Source: an uncultured bacterium (GTDB lineage Bacteria > Latescibacterota > UBA2968). Taken from it: 52,363 nt of DNA. The stretch is taken from contig CAYYGZ010000004.1 of NCBI GenBank assembly GCA_964471275.1, positions 1 through 52,363 on the forward strand, in the 5' to 3' direction. How positions within the stretch are numbered: the first letter of the stretch is position 1; the number at the start of each line of letters is the position of its first letter. Shown here in pieces: positions 18,578 to 29,341 of the stretch. The notes under the pieces are model-generated. The model did no database searches. It was not told the DNA's origin and was given only the letters and a program-made list of their open reading frames with translations. The position numbers were made by a program, and so were the translations under genes.

Positions 18578-19174
18578 TCAGTCTCGCAGGGCTTCCAGAA
18601 TCGCAGTCTTTGCCGCGCGCAGCGCCTTGCCCCGGTGGCTGGCCCGGTTTTTTGTGTCTCGTGGAAGCTCGGCTGACGTCTTGCCGTGCTCAGGGCTGAA
18701 GAACAGTGGATCATACCCGAAGCCCTGGCCACCACGCGCCTCGTTGACGATGCGGCCTTCCCACGCGCCGGTTTCTGTTTTGGGCTCGTCGCCGGGGGAG
18801 GCCACGGCAATCACGCAACGGAAACGGGCCTGCCGCTCAGCTTCGGGAATGTCAGCCAGAAGGTTCAGCAGCTTGGCGTTGTTCAGGTCATCGGTTGCGT
18901 TGGGCCCGGCAAACCGCGCGGAATAGACACCGGGAGCGCCGTCGAGGGCATCGACTTCGAGTCCGGAGTCATCAGCCAACGTGACCATTCCGGTCACTTC
19001 CGCAACTTCCACAGCCTTCTTGATCGCGTTCGCCTCAAAGGTTTCTCCGTTTTCCACGACCTCCGGTATCTCCGGGTAGCCCGACATCGTTTTCAACGTG
19101 ACGTCGCTCCCGAGGATGGCCTGGATTTCCCTGAGCTTTCCCGCATTGTGTGTCGCAACGAGCAGAGGCCTCAC
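18578..19174 (-). CDS. rdgB: XTP/dITP diphosphatase (HAM1 family)
   Basis: [44 protein letters not shown]. Confidence 0.96.
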   Translation of the reverse strand: MRPLLVATHNAGKLREIQAILGSDVTLKTMSGYPEIPEVVENGETFEANAIKKAVEVAEVTGMVTLADDSGLEVDALDGAPGVYSARFAGPNATDDLNNAKLLNLLADIPEAERQARFRCVIAVASPGDEPKTETGAWEGRIVNEARGGQGFGYDPLFFSPEHGKTSAELPRDTKNRASHRGKALRAAKTAILEALRD

Positions 19175-19893
19175 GCAGCCGCCTCTTCGATCGTGCGTTT
19201 CTGCAGTTCTGTCAGTTCCGCAATGCCTTTCTGCGCCAGCCCGACCATCGCCAGCATCTGGTCATTGTCGAAGGGCTCACCCTCCGCCGTCCCCTGAAGC
19301 TCCACAAAGCGACCGTCTCCGGTCATCACCACGTTCATGTCTACCTCGGCCGAGCTGTCTTCCTGGTAGCAGAGATCGAGGCAGGCCTCACCCTCGACGA
19401 TCCCGACGCTGATCGCGGCGAGGGAGTCCGTCAATACGGGACCTTTCAGCTTCTTGCGCTTTCCGAGTGTCTGGAGTGCAAGAGCCACTGCAATGTATGC
19501 ACCCGTGATCGATGCTGTTCGCGTCCCCCCGTCCGCGCTGATGACGTCACAATCGATCCAGAGCGTGCGTTCACCGAGGTTCTTGAGGTTGGCGATGCCG
19601 CGAATCGCCCGTCCTATCAGCCGTTGGATCTCCTGGGTGCGACCCTTTACACCGCGTGTCTCCCGCTGCGTCCGTGTATGCGTCGCCCTCGGGAGCATCG
19701 AATACTCCGCCGTGATCCATCCCTGGCCCTTTCCGTTCAGGAACGGGGGGACACGCTCCTCTACACTCGCCGTGCAGATGACGTGTGTGTCTCCTATTTC
19801 GATCAGGACGGATCCCTCAGCGTGTTTCATGAAGCCGGGGGTGATCTTTATCGGACGCAACGCGTCCGGATTTCTACCATCAGCGCGCGCCAT
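19171..19893 (-). CDS. rph: ribonuclease PH
   Basis: RADGR...[39 protein letters not shown]. Confidence 0.98.
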   Translation of the reverse strand: MARADGRNPDALRPIKITPGFMKHAEGSVLIEIGDTHVICTASVEERVPPFLNGKGQGWITAEYSMLPRATHTRTQRETRGVKGRTQEIQRLIGRAIRGIANLKNLGERTLWIDCDVISADGGTRTASITGAYIAVALALQTLGKRKKLKGPVLTDSLAAISVGIVEGEACLDLCYQEDSSAEVDMNVVMTGDGRFVELQGTAEGEPFDNDQMLAMVGLAQKGIAELTELQKRTIEEAAA

Positions 19894-20785
19894 AGGGTCT
19901 CCCTTGTGGTCGGTCGATACTGGGCATCTGGATTTCGACTTCGCTCTTGCCTCGCTCTCGGTAGTCTTCCGCGTTCAGGTGTACGAGATGGCACATTTCG
20001 ACAAACCGGGAGTAGAGTCGGCCGGAGGCAAGGTCCTTGAGGTCGTGGACACTGTCGTTGCTCGTGATAATGGTCAATCGACGGTTTGCGTATCGCGCGT
20101 CGATCAGGTTGTAGAGCATCTCGAGTTCCCAGTCTGTGTTGCGCTGCACACCGACATCGTCCAGGACGAGATAAGGCACGTTGGACAGGGCATCGATCAT
20201 CGTCGCGGCCTGCCCGTGCTTGACGCTTTCCTCGTTGAATGTGTCGCGTATCCGCTGGAAGAACTGTGAGGAGATGCTTGTAAACCTGCCCGCACGCAGT
20301 GTGTGGAACATCAGGTAGTTGAGCGCGATGTAGGAGAAATAGGTTTTGCCCGTGCCCGCGGCGCCCCAGAGAAAGAATCCTTTGGTCGCGCTTCCCGACA
20401 GGATCGTGTCAGCTGTCGAACTCAGCATGCCCTTGAGACGGATGATGTCGCGAATGGGTTCGCCTCCGGAAGTTTCGTCGAAGTCATCGAGAAACTTGTA
20501 TCGGTAGGGCACGGGGACCTGGGCATTAGCGATCAGCCGGTCGATCTGCGTGATCCGTTGCCGATACGGACGACACGCGCACCATTCGGGATCGCCGACA
20601 GGGCCCATGATCTGGAAGGGCAGGAGGCCGCCGCAGCGACAGGCAGCCTGGACGGCAGGCGAGAGTCTGATCTCGCCGTGCTGGCCCGTCTCGATCGTCG
20701 GGTCGTAGAAGTAGCCGAGGTCGTGCGGTGCCAACTGGATCGTCTGCGACTCGCCGTTACTTTGTGTTTGAGAGTTGTCGTTCAT
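19880..20785 (-). CDS. DnaC/DnaI/IstB-like AAA+ ATPase
   Basis: CRC..CAC, Walker A GAAGTGKT, Walker [31 protein letters not shown]; start set at ATG 20785. Confidence 0.85.
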   Translation of the reverse strand: MNDNSQTQSNGESQTIQLAPHDLGYFYDPTIETGQHGEIRLSPAVQAACRCGGLLPFQIMGPVGDPEWCACRPYRQRITQIDRLIANAQVPVPYRYKFLDDFDETSGGEPIRDIIRLKGMLSSTADTILSGSATKGFFLWGAAGTGKTYFSYIALNYLMFHTLRAGRFTSISSQFFQRIRDTFNEESVKHGQAATMIDALSNVPYLVLDDVGVQRNTDWELEMLYNLIDARYANRRLTIITSNDSVHDLKDLASGRLYSRFVEMCHLVHLNAEDYRERGKSEVEIQMPSIDRPQGRPYGAR

Positions 20786-21962
20786 GGTTTTGTTTGAATG
20801 AGTGGATGCCCCCGAAGATAGCATCGGCCATGTTCTTTTGAAAGCTTCCCCTCTTCAGGAGTTTCTCTTCTTCCGGATTCGAAATAAAGCCCATTTCTAC
20901 GAGGACCGAGGGCATGGCACCCATCGTACCCCGCATCACGTAGAAATTAGCCTGTTTGACGCCGCGGTCATCGAGCTGCTTGAAGCGTCTGGCCATGCGT
21001 GACCGGATGCTGGCAGCGAGATCCTGGCTCTCCTTCAGGAACTGTGACGACAGGATCTCGAGGGCGATGCTCCGGAGCGTGTTCTGAGTCCCGTCTTCTG
21101 CGGGCTCGTCGGCTTCCAGCTCGAGAACCGCGTTCTCCAGCTCGGCGACTTCGGCAGCTGCAGCGGTCTTGGCCTCCGACAGGAAGAAGACCTCGATCCC
21201 GCCCGCAGCACGGCGCCTTCCCGCATTGCAGTGCAAGCTGATGAAGAGATCCGCTTCGGCCTGCCGAGCGATGCGGGCACGCGCACCCAACCGGACAAAG
21301 GTGTCCCCGGTGCGTGTATAGACAACCTCGACACCCAATTCCTTCTCGAGTTTCTTCCCTAATCGCTTTGCGATCGACAGCGTGATACTTTTCTCGTATG
21401 TCTTCCTGGGGCCCACCGCCCCGGGGTCTCGGCCGCCGTGTCCGGGGTCGATGGCGATCCTGTCGATGGCCCAACGCTTCTTGAGGATCTCTCCGGTCGG
21501 TGCCTGGTACGTCTGAATGTCAGCGGAAAGAGCCTCCGGCGGTTCCTGGGTTTCGGCCGCCGACCGGGCTGTGTTGAGCCCCAACTGCGAGAGGACGTCA
21601 CTCGAGATTCGGAGCTTGCCGTCTGCTACGCGGGTCGGGTAGGGCATCCGATACTGAACCTGACCGACCAGGTAGATGGAGGACATGACGGTGAACACGA
21701 TGTCACGTCCTGCGGATCTCTTCACGAGCACTTTGTCTTTTGTGAGGACGTATTCGATTCGAGCAGCCAGGGCGGCGGCAAGGTCATCGATCGATACATA
21801 GGGATGACCTTCGATCTGGATCGTCGGGATCCTTGGAGCGGCGGGGACAGCGGGCAGCTGGCTGCTCGTGTTGCGTGAGAGAAGAGAGGACGCGAGCACC
21901 AGCGTGCCGATGAACAGGAGAACGGGAGGATGCCACCGTCGTGTCGGACCTGCGGCACTCAC
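20757..21962 (-). CDS. N-acetylmuramoyl-L-alanine amidase (Amidase_3)
   Basis: signal peptide, [35 protein letters not shown]. Confidence 0.93.
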   Translation of the reverse strand: MSAAGPTRRWHPPVLLFIGTLVLASSLLSRNTSSQLPAVPAAPRIPTIQIEGHPYVSIDDLAAALAARIEYVLTKDKVLVKRSAGRDIVFTVMSSIYLVGQVQYRMPYPTRVADGKLRISSDVLSQLGLNTARSAAETQEPPEALSADIQTYQAPTGEILKKRWAIDRIAIDPGHGGRDPGAVGPRKTYEKSITLSIAKRLGKKLEKELGVEVVYTRTGDTFVRLGARARIARQAEADLFISLHCNAGRRRAAGGIEVFFLSEAKTAAAAEVAELENAVLELEADEPAEDGTQNTLRSIALEILSSQFLKESQDLAASIRSRMARRFKQLDDRGVKQANFYVMRGTMGAMPSVLVEMGFISNPEEEKLLKRGSFQKNMADAIFGGIHSFKQNHERQLSNTK

Positions 21963-22471
21963 TCTCGCCCCAGTGTCCTTTCCTTCAGCGCGCGTTCGAG
22001 ATCTCGCCGTGCATCTCGTTTGGCGATGTCCTGGCGCCGATCGTACTCCCGTTTTCCCTTTGCCAGAGCAATCTCGACCTTCGCCCGGCCCCGCTTGAAA
22101 TACAGCTTCAGCGGGATCAGCGTGAGGCCCTTCTCTTCCACCCGGCCGCGCATGCGCTTAATCTCCTGACGATGTAGTAGGAGCTTGCGCTTACGCATTG
22201 GCTCGTGGTTGAACTGGTTCGCCTCCTCGTATTCGCCGATGTGCACGTTGTGCAGAAAGACCTCGTTGCCGTCGACACGGGCGAAGCTATCTCGGAGGTT
22301 CGCCTTGCCGTTCCTGAGCGACTTGACCTCAGTTCCCTGCAGAGCGATGCCAGCTTCCCACGTGTCTATGGCGTGGTAATCGTGCCGGGCCTTCCGATTC
22401 TGGACGATGATCTTGATTCCGTCCTCGTCCGTTCCCGCGGCGACTCGCTTTTTCTTTTTCTGCCTGGCCAT
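21959..22471 (-). CDS. smpB: SsrA-binding protein
   Basis: [37 protein letters not shown]. Confidence 0.98.
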   Translation of the reverse strand: MARQKKKKRVAAGTDEDGIKIIVQNRKARHDYHAIDTWEAGIALQGTEVKSLRNGKANLRDSFARVDGNEVFLHNVHIGEYEEANQFNHEPMRKRKLLLHRQEIKRMRGRVEEKGLTLIPLKLYFKRGRAKVEIALAKGKREYDRRQDIAKRDARRDLERALKERTLGRE

Positions 22472-23313
22472 CAGGTGGCGCCCTGGAGTAGGTCGATATA
22501 GGTCTTCATTGACTCCGCTCGGTTCTTATCGCCGAGTGCCGTATATGTCCTGAAGAGATTGCCTGTTGTCCGGATCAGTATCCGCAGGTTGCTGGCCACG
22601 GGGAGTGTGCTCTCGTCGACAGGCTTTCCGATCATCTCGCCGCACTCGTTGGCCGTAAGGATCCGCCCCTGATGGAACGGGTCGATGTAGAAGGGGTGTT
22701 CATGATCAAACCGCAGGATGAAATGCATCGACATGTCCACACCCACGATCGGTAGATCGAGCCGCCAGGCCAACAGAAGGTAGATCGATGAGAGCGAAAT
22801 CGGGATGCCGGTCCGGCGATCAAGAACGCGATTGATGTAACTGAGATCAGGGTCAGGGTCTCTGTCGTAATCCTGTTTCCCGCGAAAGCTGAGGTCATCG
22901 AAAAGAAATGTGTTGAGCGTCCTGACGATACGGACCGGATGATCGGCCGGGTTGATGCTCGCGGCCACGTCTGCTGCCAGACGGTCTAGATGTTCGGCGA
23001 TTCGATGACGTTCGATTTCGGGGTATGTTGATTTTGCGAGCGCACAGAGCCCGGTCTCCAGGTCGACATCCTCCACGGCATCATCGAGGAGCGATTGTAG
23101 AGCCGCCTCGGGCTTCGGTGCCTTCAGCCATCGCATCACACGGCTGGCCTCCCGGTGGGCGGGATTCTCACTCCCGACGCTCGACAGGATCTGCTCGACG
23201 GTCTCCGAGCCCAGCTCATACAGTTTCCTTCTCATCCGGCTCACAATGTCCGGGTCCGAGTCGGAAAGCAAATCGACAATGATGTCAAGGTCCTTCGATT
23301 CGAACGCCATCAC
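22471..23313 (-). CDS. SirB1/transglutaminase-like (Transglut_core2) protein
   Basis: [31 protein letters not shown]. Confidence 0.8.
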   Translation of the reverse strand: MMAFESKDLDIIVDLLSDSDPDIVSRMRRKLYELGSETVEQILSSVGSENPAHREASRVMRWLKAPKPEAALQSLLDDAVEDVDLETGLCALAKSTYPEIERHRIAEHLDRLAADVAASINPADHPVRIVRTLNTFLFDDLSFRGKQDYDRDPDPDLSYINRVLDRRTGIPISLSSIYLLLAWRLDLPIVGVDMSMHFILRFDHEHPFYIDPFHQGRILTANECGEMIGKPVDESTLPVASNLRILIRTTGNLFRTYTALGDKNRAESMKTYIDLLQGAT

Positions 23314-25187
23314 ACAGCCTGCAGTTTCTTGAGGGTCACCATCAAAACGGATATGTCCGCCGGTGAGACACCGGGGATACGGGATGCCTGCCCAAGCGAT
23401 CGTGGACGGATGCGTGCCAGCTTTTCACCAGCTTCACGGGAAAGGGCGCTGACGCCCTCGTAGTTCAGGCTGTCGGGAATATACTTGCGCTCCAGGTCTT
23501 TGAGACGCGCGACCTGTGCTTCCTGACGCACGATATATCCCTCGTATTTCGCCTGGACCTCGACCGCTTGAACGACGTCGGCCGGCAGTGCCTGGGGGGG
23601 CGGGGCCACCTTCCGGACAAAGTCATACGTTATTTCGGGACGTCGCATCAAGTCTGCCAGGCTGCTGGTTTGGCTGAGTTCAGCCGTTCCGACCGCAGAG
23701 AGCTCTTTCTGGATCTCGGGAGACGGCCTTACCCTGGTGCGGGTGAGACGCTCTATCTCACCCGCAATCCGGCTTCGTCGTATCAGGAAACGGTCATACG
23801 CCACGTCGCTCACAAGGCCGATCCCACGGCCGATCTCGGTGAGGCGGAGGTCGGCGTTGTCCTGGCGGAGAAGCAGCCGGTATTCGGCCAGTGATGTGAA
23901 CATCCGGTAAGGCTCTTCTGTTCCCTTGGTAACCAGGTCGTCGATCAGAACGCCAATGTAGGCCTGGGATCGCTCCAGGATCATCGGCTCAGCCTGTCTG
24001 ACCTGCAGTGCGGCGTTCACGCCTGCGACTAGGCCCTGGGCCGCCGCTTCCTCATACCCGGTCGTACCGTTTATCTGGCCGGCGAAGAAGAGACCGCCAA
24101 CCGGCTTGGTCTCCTGCGTCGGCAGGATCTGCGTAGGCGGGACGTAGTCGTACTCGACGGCATAGGCCGGACGCATGATCTCTGCCCGCTCGAGCCCGGG
24201 AAGGCTTCTCACGACCTCGATCTGCACCGATTCGGGCAGGCTCATGGAGAGCCCGTTGAGATAGATCTCCGAGGTATGGTAACCTTCCGGTTCGAGGAAG
24301 ATCTGATGTCGTTCCCGATCCGGGAACTTGACGATCTTGTCCTCGACCGACGGGCAGTATCGCGGACCGGTAGCCGAGATGCGCCCGCTGTATATCGCCG
24401 ATTTGTCGAGGTTCGCCCGAATGATATCGTGCGTGTCCGCCGAGGTGTAAACAATGTGGCAGGGGAGCTGCTCCTGCGTGATCCGGTCAGTCTCGTAAGA
24501 GAAGGGAACGGGATCCGGATCGCCGGGCTGCGGCTCCGTCGCCGCGAAGTCGATGGTTTCGGCACTGACGCGCGGGGGCGTTCCCGTCTTCAGGCGGCCC
24601 AGTTCGAACCCGAGTCGTGCAAGCGCTTCCGAAGCTCCCTCTGCAGATTGCTCGGCTGCGCGTCCCGCTGGATAGCTGAAATCCCCGATGTGGACGAGAC
24701 CCTTCAGAAATGTGCCAGTCGTCAGGATGACGGTCGTACCGAGGAAGATCGTCCCGCCTTTAGTAAGAATTCCACGAACACGACCGCCGTCGACGCGGAG
24801 CTCCTCGAGCAACCCCTGTTTGAGGTCTAGGTTAGGTTGGCGTTCGATGACTTCCTTCATCCGCAGCTGGTAGGCCTTCTTGTCCGCCTGAGCTCGGGGA
24901 GCCTGGACGGCCGGACCCTTTCGCTGGTTCAGCATCCGAAACTGGAGACCCGTCGCGTCGATGTTGCACGCCATCTCGCCCCCGAGGGCATCGATTTCGC
25001 GGACCATATGGCCCTTGGCGATGCCCCCGATCGCCGGATTACACGACATCTGCGCGATCGTGTCCAGGTTCATTGTCAGGAGGAGCGTGCGGCAGCCGAT
25101 CCGGGCGGATGCCAGAGCGGCTTCCGTTCCCGCGTGACCGGCGCCTACGACGATGACGTCGTAGGTTACGTCGTAAGTCCAGGCCAT
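23310..25187 (-). CDS. mnmG: tRNA uridine 5-carboxymethylaminomethyl modification enzyme
   Basis: GAGHAG.EAA, MSCNPAIGG, RLKTGTPPR, GPRYCPS, AGQINGTTGYEEAA. Confidence 0.98.
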   Translation of the reverse strand: MAWTYDVTYDVIVVGAGHAGTEAALASARIGCRTLLLTMNLDTIAQMSCNPAIGGIAKGHMVREIDALGGEMACNIDATGLQFRMLNQRKGPAVQAPRAQADKKAYQLRMKEVIERQPNLDLKQGLLEELRVDGGRVRGILTKGGTIFLGTTVILTTGTFLKGLVHIGDFSYPAGRAAEQSAEGASEALARLGFELGRLKTGTPPRVSAETIDFAATEPQPGDPDPVPFSYETDRITQEQLPCHIVYTSADTHDIIRANLDKSAIYSGRISATGPRYCPSVEDKIVKFPDRERHQIFLEPEGYHTSEIYLNGLSMSLPESVQIEVVRSLPGLERAEIMRPAYAVEYDYVPPTQILPTQETKPVGGLFFAGQINGTTGYEEAAAQGLVAGVNAALQVRQAEPMILERSQAYIGVLIDDLVTKGTEEPYRMFTSLAEYRLLLRQDNADLRLTEIGRGIGLVSDVAYDRFLIRRSRIAGEIERLTRTRVRPSPEIQKELSAVGTAELSQTSSLADLMRRPEITYDFVRKVAPPPQALPADVVQAVEVQAKYEGYIVRQEAQVARLKDLERKYIPDSLNYEGVSALSREAGEKLARIRPRSLGQASRIPGVSPADISVLMVTLKKLQAV

Positions 25188-26206
25188 CAGGCGACGGGGA
25201 TCGCGGGCTCTACCGTGGCAGGCTGGTCGACCGCAACGACGAACCCGGCGTCGGCGATCATCTGGTGCGCGTCGCTGGTCGCCTGACCCTCCGTTGTGAG
25301 ATAGCCTTCCATAAAGATGGAGTTCGCCGGATACAGTGCGAGCGGCTGGAGGGTACGGATGTTCCGCTCTCGACCGCCGGCGACTCGAATCTCGCGGGTC
25401 GGGTTGATAAAGCGGAAGAGGCTGAGGATGCGGAGACAGTCACGCGGGGTCAGGTCGTCGCGACCGGCTAGCGGGGTTCCGTCGATCGGGTGCAGGAAGT
25501 TGACCGGGATCGAATCCACCTCGGCTTCACGAAGCGCAAAGGCCAAGTCGATGATGTCGTCCGAAGTTTCACCCATGCCGACGATCCCGCCTGAACAGAT
25601 CTTCAGTCCCGCCTCACGGACGGTGCGGAGTGTGTCGAGGCGGTCTGCGTAGCTGTGTGTCGTGACGATTTCGCCGTGATGTGATTCGCTGGTGTTTAGG
25701 TTGTGGTTGACCCGGTTGACTCCTGCCGACTTCAGTCTATCCGCCTGTTGGGCGGACAGCAGACCCAGGCAGCAGCAGATGTCGATGTCGATCTGCTTCT
25801 TGATCGTCCTGACGGTCCCGCAGAGCTGATCGACTTCGTTGTCCGTCGGGTTCCGGCCGCTTGTGACAATGCAGTAGACCTTCGCGCCGCCCGAACGTGC
25901 TTGCATCGCGCCGTTGAGGATCTCTTCCGACGTCTGGAGCGCGTATCGATCGATGGGTGCGTCGGACACGGACGACTGTGAGCAGTAGTGGCAGTCCTCC
26001 TTGCAGAGCCCGCTCTTTGCGTTCTTTAGAACGTGTAACTGGACATCCACCCCGAAGTGATGCCGTCGCACGGTAAATGCGGCGTCGAGGAGTGCAAGCA
26101 GCTTGGCATCCTCACTTTCGAGGACGTTCCGGCATTGCTCTCGCGAGGGTACTTCGCCATCCAGTGCCTGATCAGCCAGGATTCCGAATGTTCCGGGTTC
26201 AGTCAT
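25187..26206 (-). CDS. bioB: biotin synthase
   Basis: CKEDCHYCSQS (CxxxCxxC), NHNL, CSGGIVGMGE, SIPVNFL, IRVAGGRE, ANSIF. Confidence 0.95.
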   Translation of the reverse strand: MTEPGTFGILADQALDGEVPSREQCRNVLESEDAKLLALLDAAFTVRRHHFGVDVQLHVLKNAKSGLCKEDCHYCSQSSVSDAPIDRYALQTSEEILNGAMQARSGGAKVYCIVTSGRNPTDNEVDQLCGTVRTIKKQIDIDICCCLGLLSAQQADRLKSAGVNRVNHNLNTSESHHGEIVTTHSYADRLDTLRTVREAGLKICSGGIVGMGETSDDIIDLAFALREAEVDSIPVNFLHPIDGTPLAGRDDLTPRDCLRILSLFRFINPTREIRVAGGRERNIRTLQPLALYPANSIFMEGYLTTEGQATSDAHQMIADAGFVVAVDQPATVEPAIPVA

Positions 26207-26432
26207 CCCTATCTCCAGAGGGTTCGATTTTGGTAACGACGTTCATTAAAATATGTAGGGTGACGCGATCCCCTTCGGTGAGGTCGGGATACGCGCTTTC
26301 GACACCGAGGCGCGTCTGCAGCATCTTCTCCTGTTCCGCCAGGGGAGAGTAGGTAATCTGGACATACGGCTGATCGTGGATGGCGACGGGCACGACATCC
26401 CGGACGATCGCCTCACTCACGCCTTTCAGCAT
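26199..26432 (-). CDS. hypothetical protein (77 aa, beta-rich)
   Basis: fills the gap in the coupled operon; starts 1 nt after upstream stop and overlaps bioB start. Confidence 0.7.
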   Translation of the reverse strand: MLKGVSEAIVRDVVPVAIHDQPYVQITYSPLAEQEKMLQTRLGVESAYPDLTEGDRVTLHILMNVVTKIEPSGDRDD

Positions 26433-26433
26433 C

Positions 26434-26955
26434 TCAACGGTAGAAGGCGACCCCCACGACGGCGGATACGACGATCGCCAGCGCGGGATGGAAGTTCAGC
26501 AGGCTGATGGCTGCGAAGGTCACTACGGCAATGAGGCCCGTGTGCCAAGAGGTGACAGACTTGGGGAACATCTGCCAGACTACGACAAAGAGGAGACCGA
26601 CAACGGCAGGTCTGACGGCTTTCAACGTGGCCTGCACGTAGGGGGACTCTTTGTACGACCAGAAGAAGACAGCCAGAAGCATCATCATCAGGAGCGAAGG
26701 CATCACCGTCCCGAGAAGCGCCACAACGAGCCCCGGAAAGTGAGCGATCTTGTAGCCCACATAAGCAGCCATCTTCGTGGCGATCGGACCTGGCAACACG
26801 TAGCCCATTGCCAGAGCGTCCGTGAATTCCTCGATGGTCATCCAGCCGTGTACGTCCACGACCTCTTCCTGGACCAGCGGGATCATCGAGGGCCCTCCCC
26901 CATAGGCGAAGATGCCGACTTTTGAGAACGATATGAAGAGATCTATCAGGAGCAC
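26434..26955 (-). CDS. short-chain chromate ion transporter (CHR family)
   Basis: FSKVGIFAYGGG, LPGPIAT, TVMPS; GTG 26955 with AAAGGA SD. Confidence 0.88.
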   Translation of the reverse strand: MLLIDLFISFSKVGIFAYGGGPSMIPLVQEEVVDVHGWMTIEEFTDALAMGYVLPGPIATKMAAYVGYKIAHFPGLVVALLGTVMPSLLMMMLLAVFFWSYKESPYVQATLKAVRPAVVGLLFVVVWQMFPKSVTSWHTGLIAVVTFAAISLLNFHPALAIVVSAVVGVAFYR

Positions 26956-26991
26956 GGGACTTCCTTTCGGAGGCTGGAATCGAACCGCGAG

Positions 26992-27020
26992 AATATACCC
27001 CGGGTGCAAAGGGCGAACAA
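26992..27020 (-). promoter_or_regulatory. sigma70-type promoter of the minus-strand operon
   Basis: minus strand TTGTTC, 17 nt, TATATT. Confidence 0.55.
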
Positions 27021-27498
27021 GCCAATTCACTTGATCCTAAAGGGCTGTGCTCATCGGGAACGCCATATTTTTAGTAGATTTATGGTCCAGATTGATTACA
27101 TTACGGGCTGTCACCGACCCGACTCCAAATCAAAGGATGGCCGATGCCCGGTCTCAACGATGATCAGAGAGGCAACAACCGACTTCAGATCGATCTGCCG
27201 ATCCAGGCACGAATCGGTACGGGTGACCATCTCGATCTCGAAATAGTCGATATCTTTGGTACTGGTATGTAGTTACGCAGCTAGGATTCCGAGGTCCTGA
27301 AGGGCGGTTTCGACGCCCAGCACAATGAAGCCACCTTCGAGATCCGGATTCACGCCCGTCTGGCCCGGGCGCGTCCCGAAGATGACGGGACCTCCGTCAC
27401 GGGTTGGAAATTCAACCGCGACGAAGGCGAGCCACGCATCGGCTGACCGGCCCATTCCCCTGCCAAAACTGGCGCTCTTCCCCTGCAGGGCCGATTCG

Positions 27499-27527
27499 TT
27501 GACAGGCCCCCCCCAATTCTCTATACT
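27499..27527 (+). promoter_or_regulatory. sigma70 promoter of the TPR-efp-acc operon
   Basis: TTGACA (27499-27504), 17 nt, TATACT (27522-27527). Confidence 0.85.
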
Positions 27528-27565
27528 TGCGGTCTTTCGTCACAATTTCTCTGCGTGAGGTCTGC

Positions 27566-28213
27566 GTGGAACTGACACGTCTTAATCCACCCTCCGACGG
27601 GGAAGTCTCCCGATTGAGCTGGTTGTTTGAGCGGAACCCGACATCCACGATTTTTGCACGGCTGGCTGATGCCTACCTGAACCTGGGGGATGCCGATGCG
27701 GCCGTGACAGTCTGTCGGCGGGGATTGCGATACCGGCCCTCCTACGTGACGGGTCACCTTGTTCTGGGGCGCGCCTGTATTGCCACGGATGATCGGAGAG
27801 GCGCGACGGACGAGTTCCGGAAAGTGCTCCGTCTTGAGCCCGATAATCCCGCTGCAGTCGAGTATCTCGCCGAGATCGCCGAGAAGAGCGGGGCGAGAGA
27901 AGAGGCGAGCAACCTGTATGATCTGTTGAAGGTTATCAATCCTTTCAACTCATTGTTCAAAGATAGAGCAGAGGCAGCGTCGACGCCAGGATCCGATGGT
28001 GAGGAGGCCGATGCGCCGCCGCCGAAACCCGCCAAGGAAACCGCAGACGATGACGGGGTCGAGTCTGAAGAGTTTCCTTTCGTTTCCCTAACGTTGGCCC
28101 GTCTATACGCTGATCAGGGCCATCCCGGTCGAGCCGAGCGCGTGGTGCGTCTCGTCAATCCGGAAGAAGCGAGCGACATTCTGGATCATCTGATCGACAA
28201 AGCTGCCAACTAA
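27566..28213 (+). CDS. tetratricopeptide repeat protein
   Basis: FARLADAY, P.YVTGHLVLGR, LEPDNPAA, SLTLARLY.DQG; GTG 27566 chosen because it lies downstream of the promoter. Confidence 0.8.
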   Translation: MELTRLNPPSDGEVSRLSWLFERNPTSTIFARLADAYLNLGDADAAVTVCRRGLRYRPSYVTGHLVLGRACIATDDRRGATDEFRKVLRLEPDNPAAVEYLAEIAEKSGAREEASNLYDLLKVINPFNSLFKDRAEAASTPGSDGEEADAPPPKPAKETADDDGVESEEFPFVSLTLARLYADQGHPGRAERVVRLVNPEEASDILDHLIDKAAN

Positions 28214-28228
28214 GAGGATTCCGAGTCT

Positions 28229-28783
28229 ATGGTTTCAACATCCGATTTTCGCAACGGCATGGTCCTCCGAATGGACGGTCAACTTTTCTGGATGGCGGAT
28301 TTCGAACACTTCAAGCCAGGAAAAGGGGCTTCTGTTGTACGGACAAAGCTAAAGAACGTGAAAACGGGCGCCGTGATCGACAAGACATACAGGTCCGGGG
28401 ATAAGGTCGATGACGTTCGTCTCGAGCGACGGAAGATGCAGTATCTCTACAAGGGCGACTTCTTCACGTTCATGGACAACGAAACGTACGAACAGTTTGA
28501 GCTCAATGAGGATACCGTCGGTGATTCCATCAAGTATCTGAAGGAGAATGAGACCTGTGATGTCTTGGTCGCCGAGGGTAGCGCGATCGCGGTGGAGTTG
28601 CCGATCTTCGTCGAGCTCCTCGTCACGGAGACAGATCCAGGTGTTCGGGGAGATACGGCCAGCGGCGGGAGCAAGCCGGCCCGGTTGGAAACAGGTGCCT
28701 CGGTACAGGTTCCGCTGTTTGTCGAAAAAGGCCAGACGCTCAAGATTGATACACGAACTGACACCTATGTGGAGCGTGTCTAG
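28229..28783 (+). CDS. efp: elongation factor P
   Basis: KPGKG, DPGVRGDTA, KPARLETG, IDTRT. Confidence 0.98.
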   Translation: MVSTSDFRNGMVLRMDGQLFWMADFEHFKPGKGASVVRTKLKNVKTGAVIDKTYRSGDKVDDVRLERRKMQYLYKGDFFTFMDNETYEQFELNEDTVGDSIKYLKENETCDVLVAEGSAIAVELPIFVELLVTETDPGVRGDTASGGSKPARLETGASVQVPLFVEKGQTLKIDTRTDTYVERV

Positions 28784-28844
28784 AACGGCGGCGGTCCTTC
28801 TGTGAGAAGCACGTGCCGGAACGCTGCCTGTTTGTAAGGAGGGG

Positions 28845-29312
28845 ATGTTGAAGCTTTCACAAGCTGTTCGAGATAGCCTCAGGGAACTGATCGCGCTTGC
28901 CGGCGACGAAGTCAATGAGGTCGAGGTGGAGAAGCGGTTGTTTGGCTGGAAGATCCGAGTATCCAAGTCCTCGGGCGCCCAGGTCGTACATGCCGTCGCT
29001 CCACCTGTCCCACCGGCCGGGTCCCAACCCTCACAGGCTACCGAGGAACCCCCTGCCGAGCAGCAGGCCAATGGTGTTCCCATTCCTTCCCCGATGGTCG
29101 GTACCTTCTACAGATCACCTTCACCGGACGCCGACCCGTTCGTGAAGGAGGGGGACGTCGTGTCACCCGGGCAGACCGTGTGCATCATCGAAGCGATGAA
29201 GATTATGAACGAAATTGAGGCGGAGGTCGGTGGGCGTGTCACGCAGGTTCTTCCGGAGAACGGCTCACCGGTAGAGTACGATACGCCGCTGTTCCTGGTC
29301 GAACCGGTCTGA
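28845..29312 (+). CDS. accB: acetyl-CoA carboxylase biotin carboxyl carrier protein
   Basis: [18 protein letters not shown] biotinylation motif. Confidence 0.96.
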   Translation: MLKLSQAVRDSLRELIALAGDEVNEVEVEKRLFGWKIRVSKSSGAQVVHAVAPPVPPAGSQPSQATEEPPAEQQANGVPIPSPMVGTFYRSPSPDADPFVKEGDVVSPGQTVCIIEAMKIMNEIEAEVGGRVTQVLPENGSPVEYDTPLFLVEPV

Positions 29313-29341
29313 CGCTGTGTCCTTGAGCCATCGGACTGAGA

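Noticed and set aside
19880..20785. IS21 element or prophage
   Set aside because: No IstA, integrase, terminal repeats or phage genes; flanks are overlapping core genes.
21959..22471. tmRNA or tRNA near smpB
   Set aside because: smpB overlaps coding genes on both sides; no tRNA-like ends recognised anywhere in the window.
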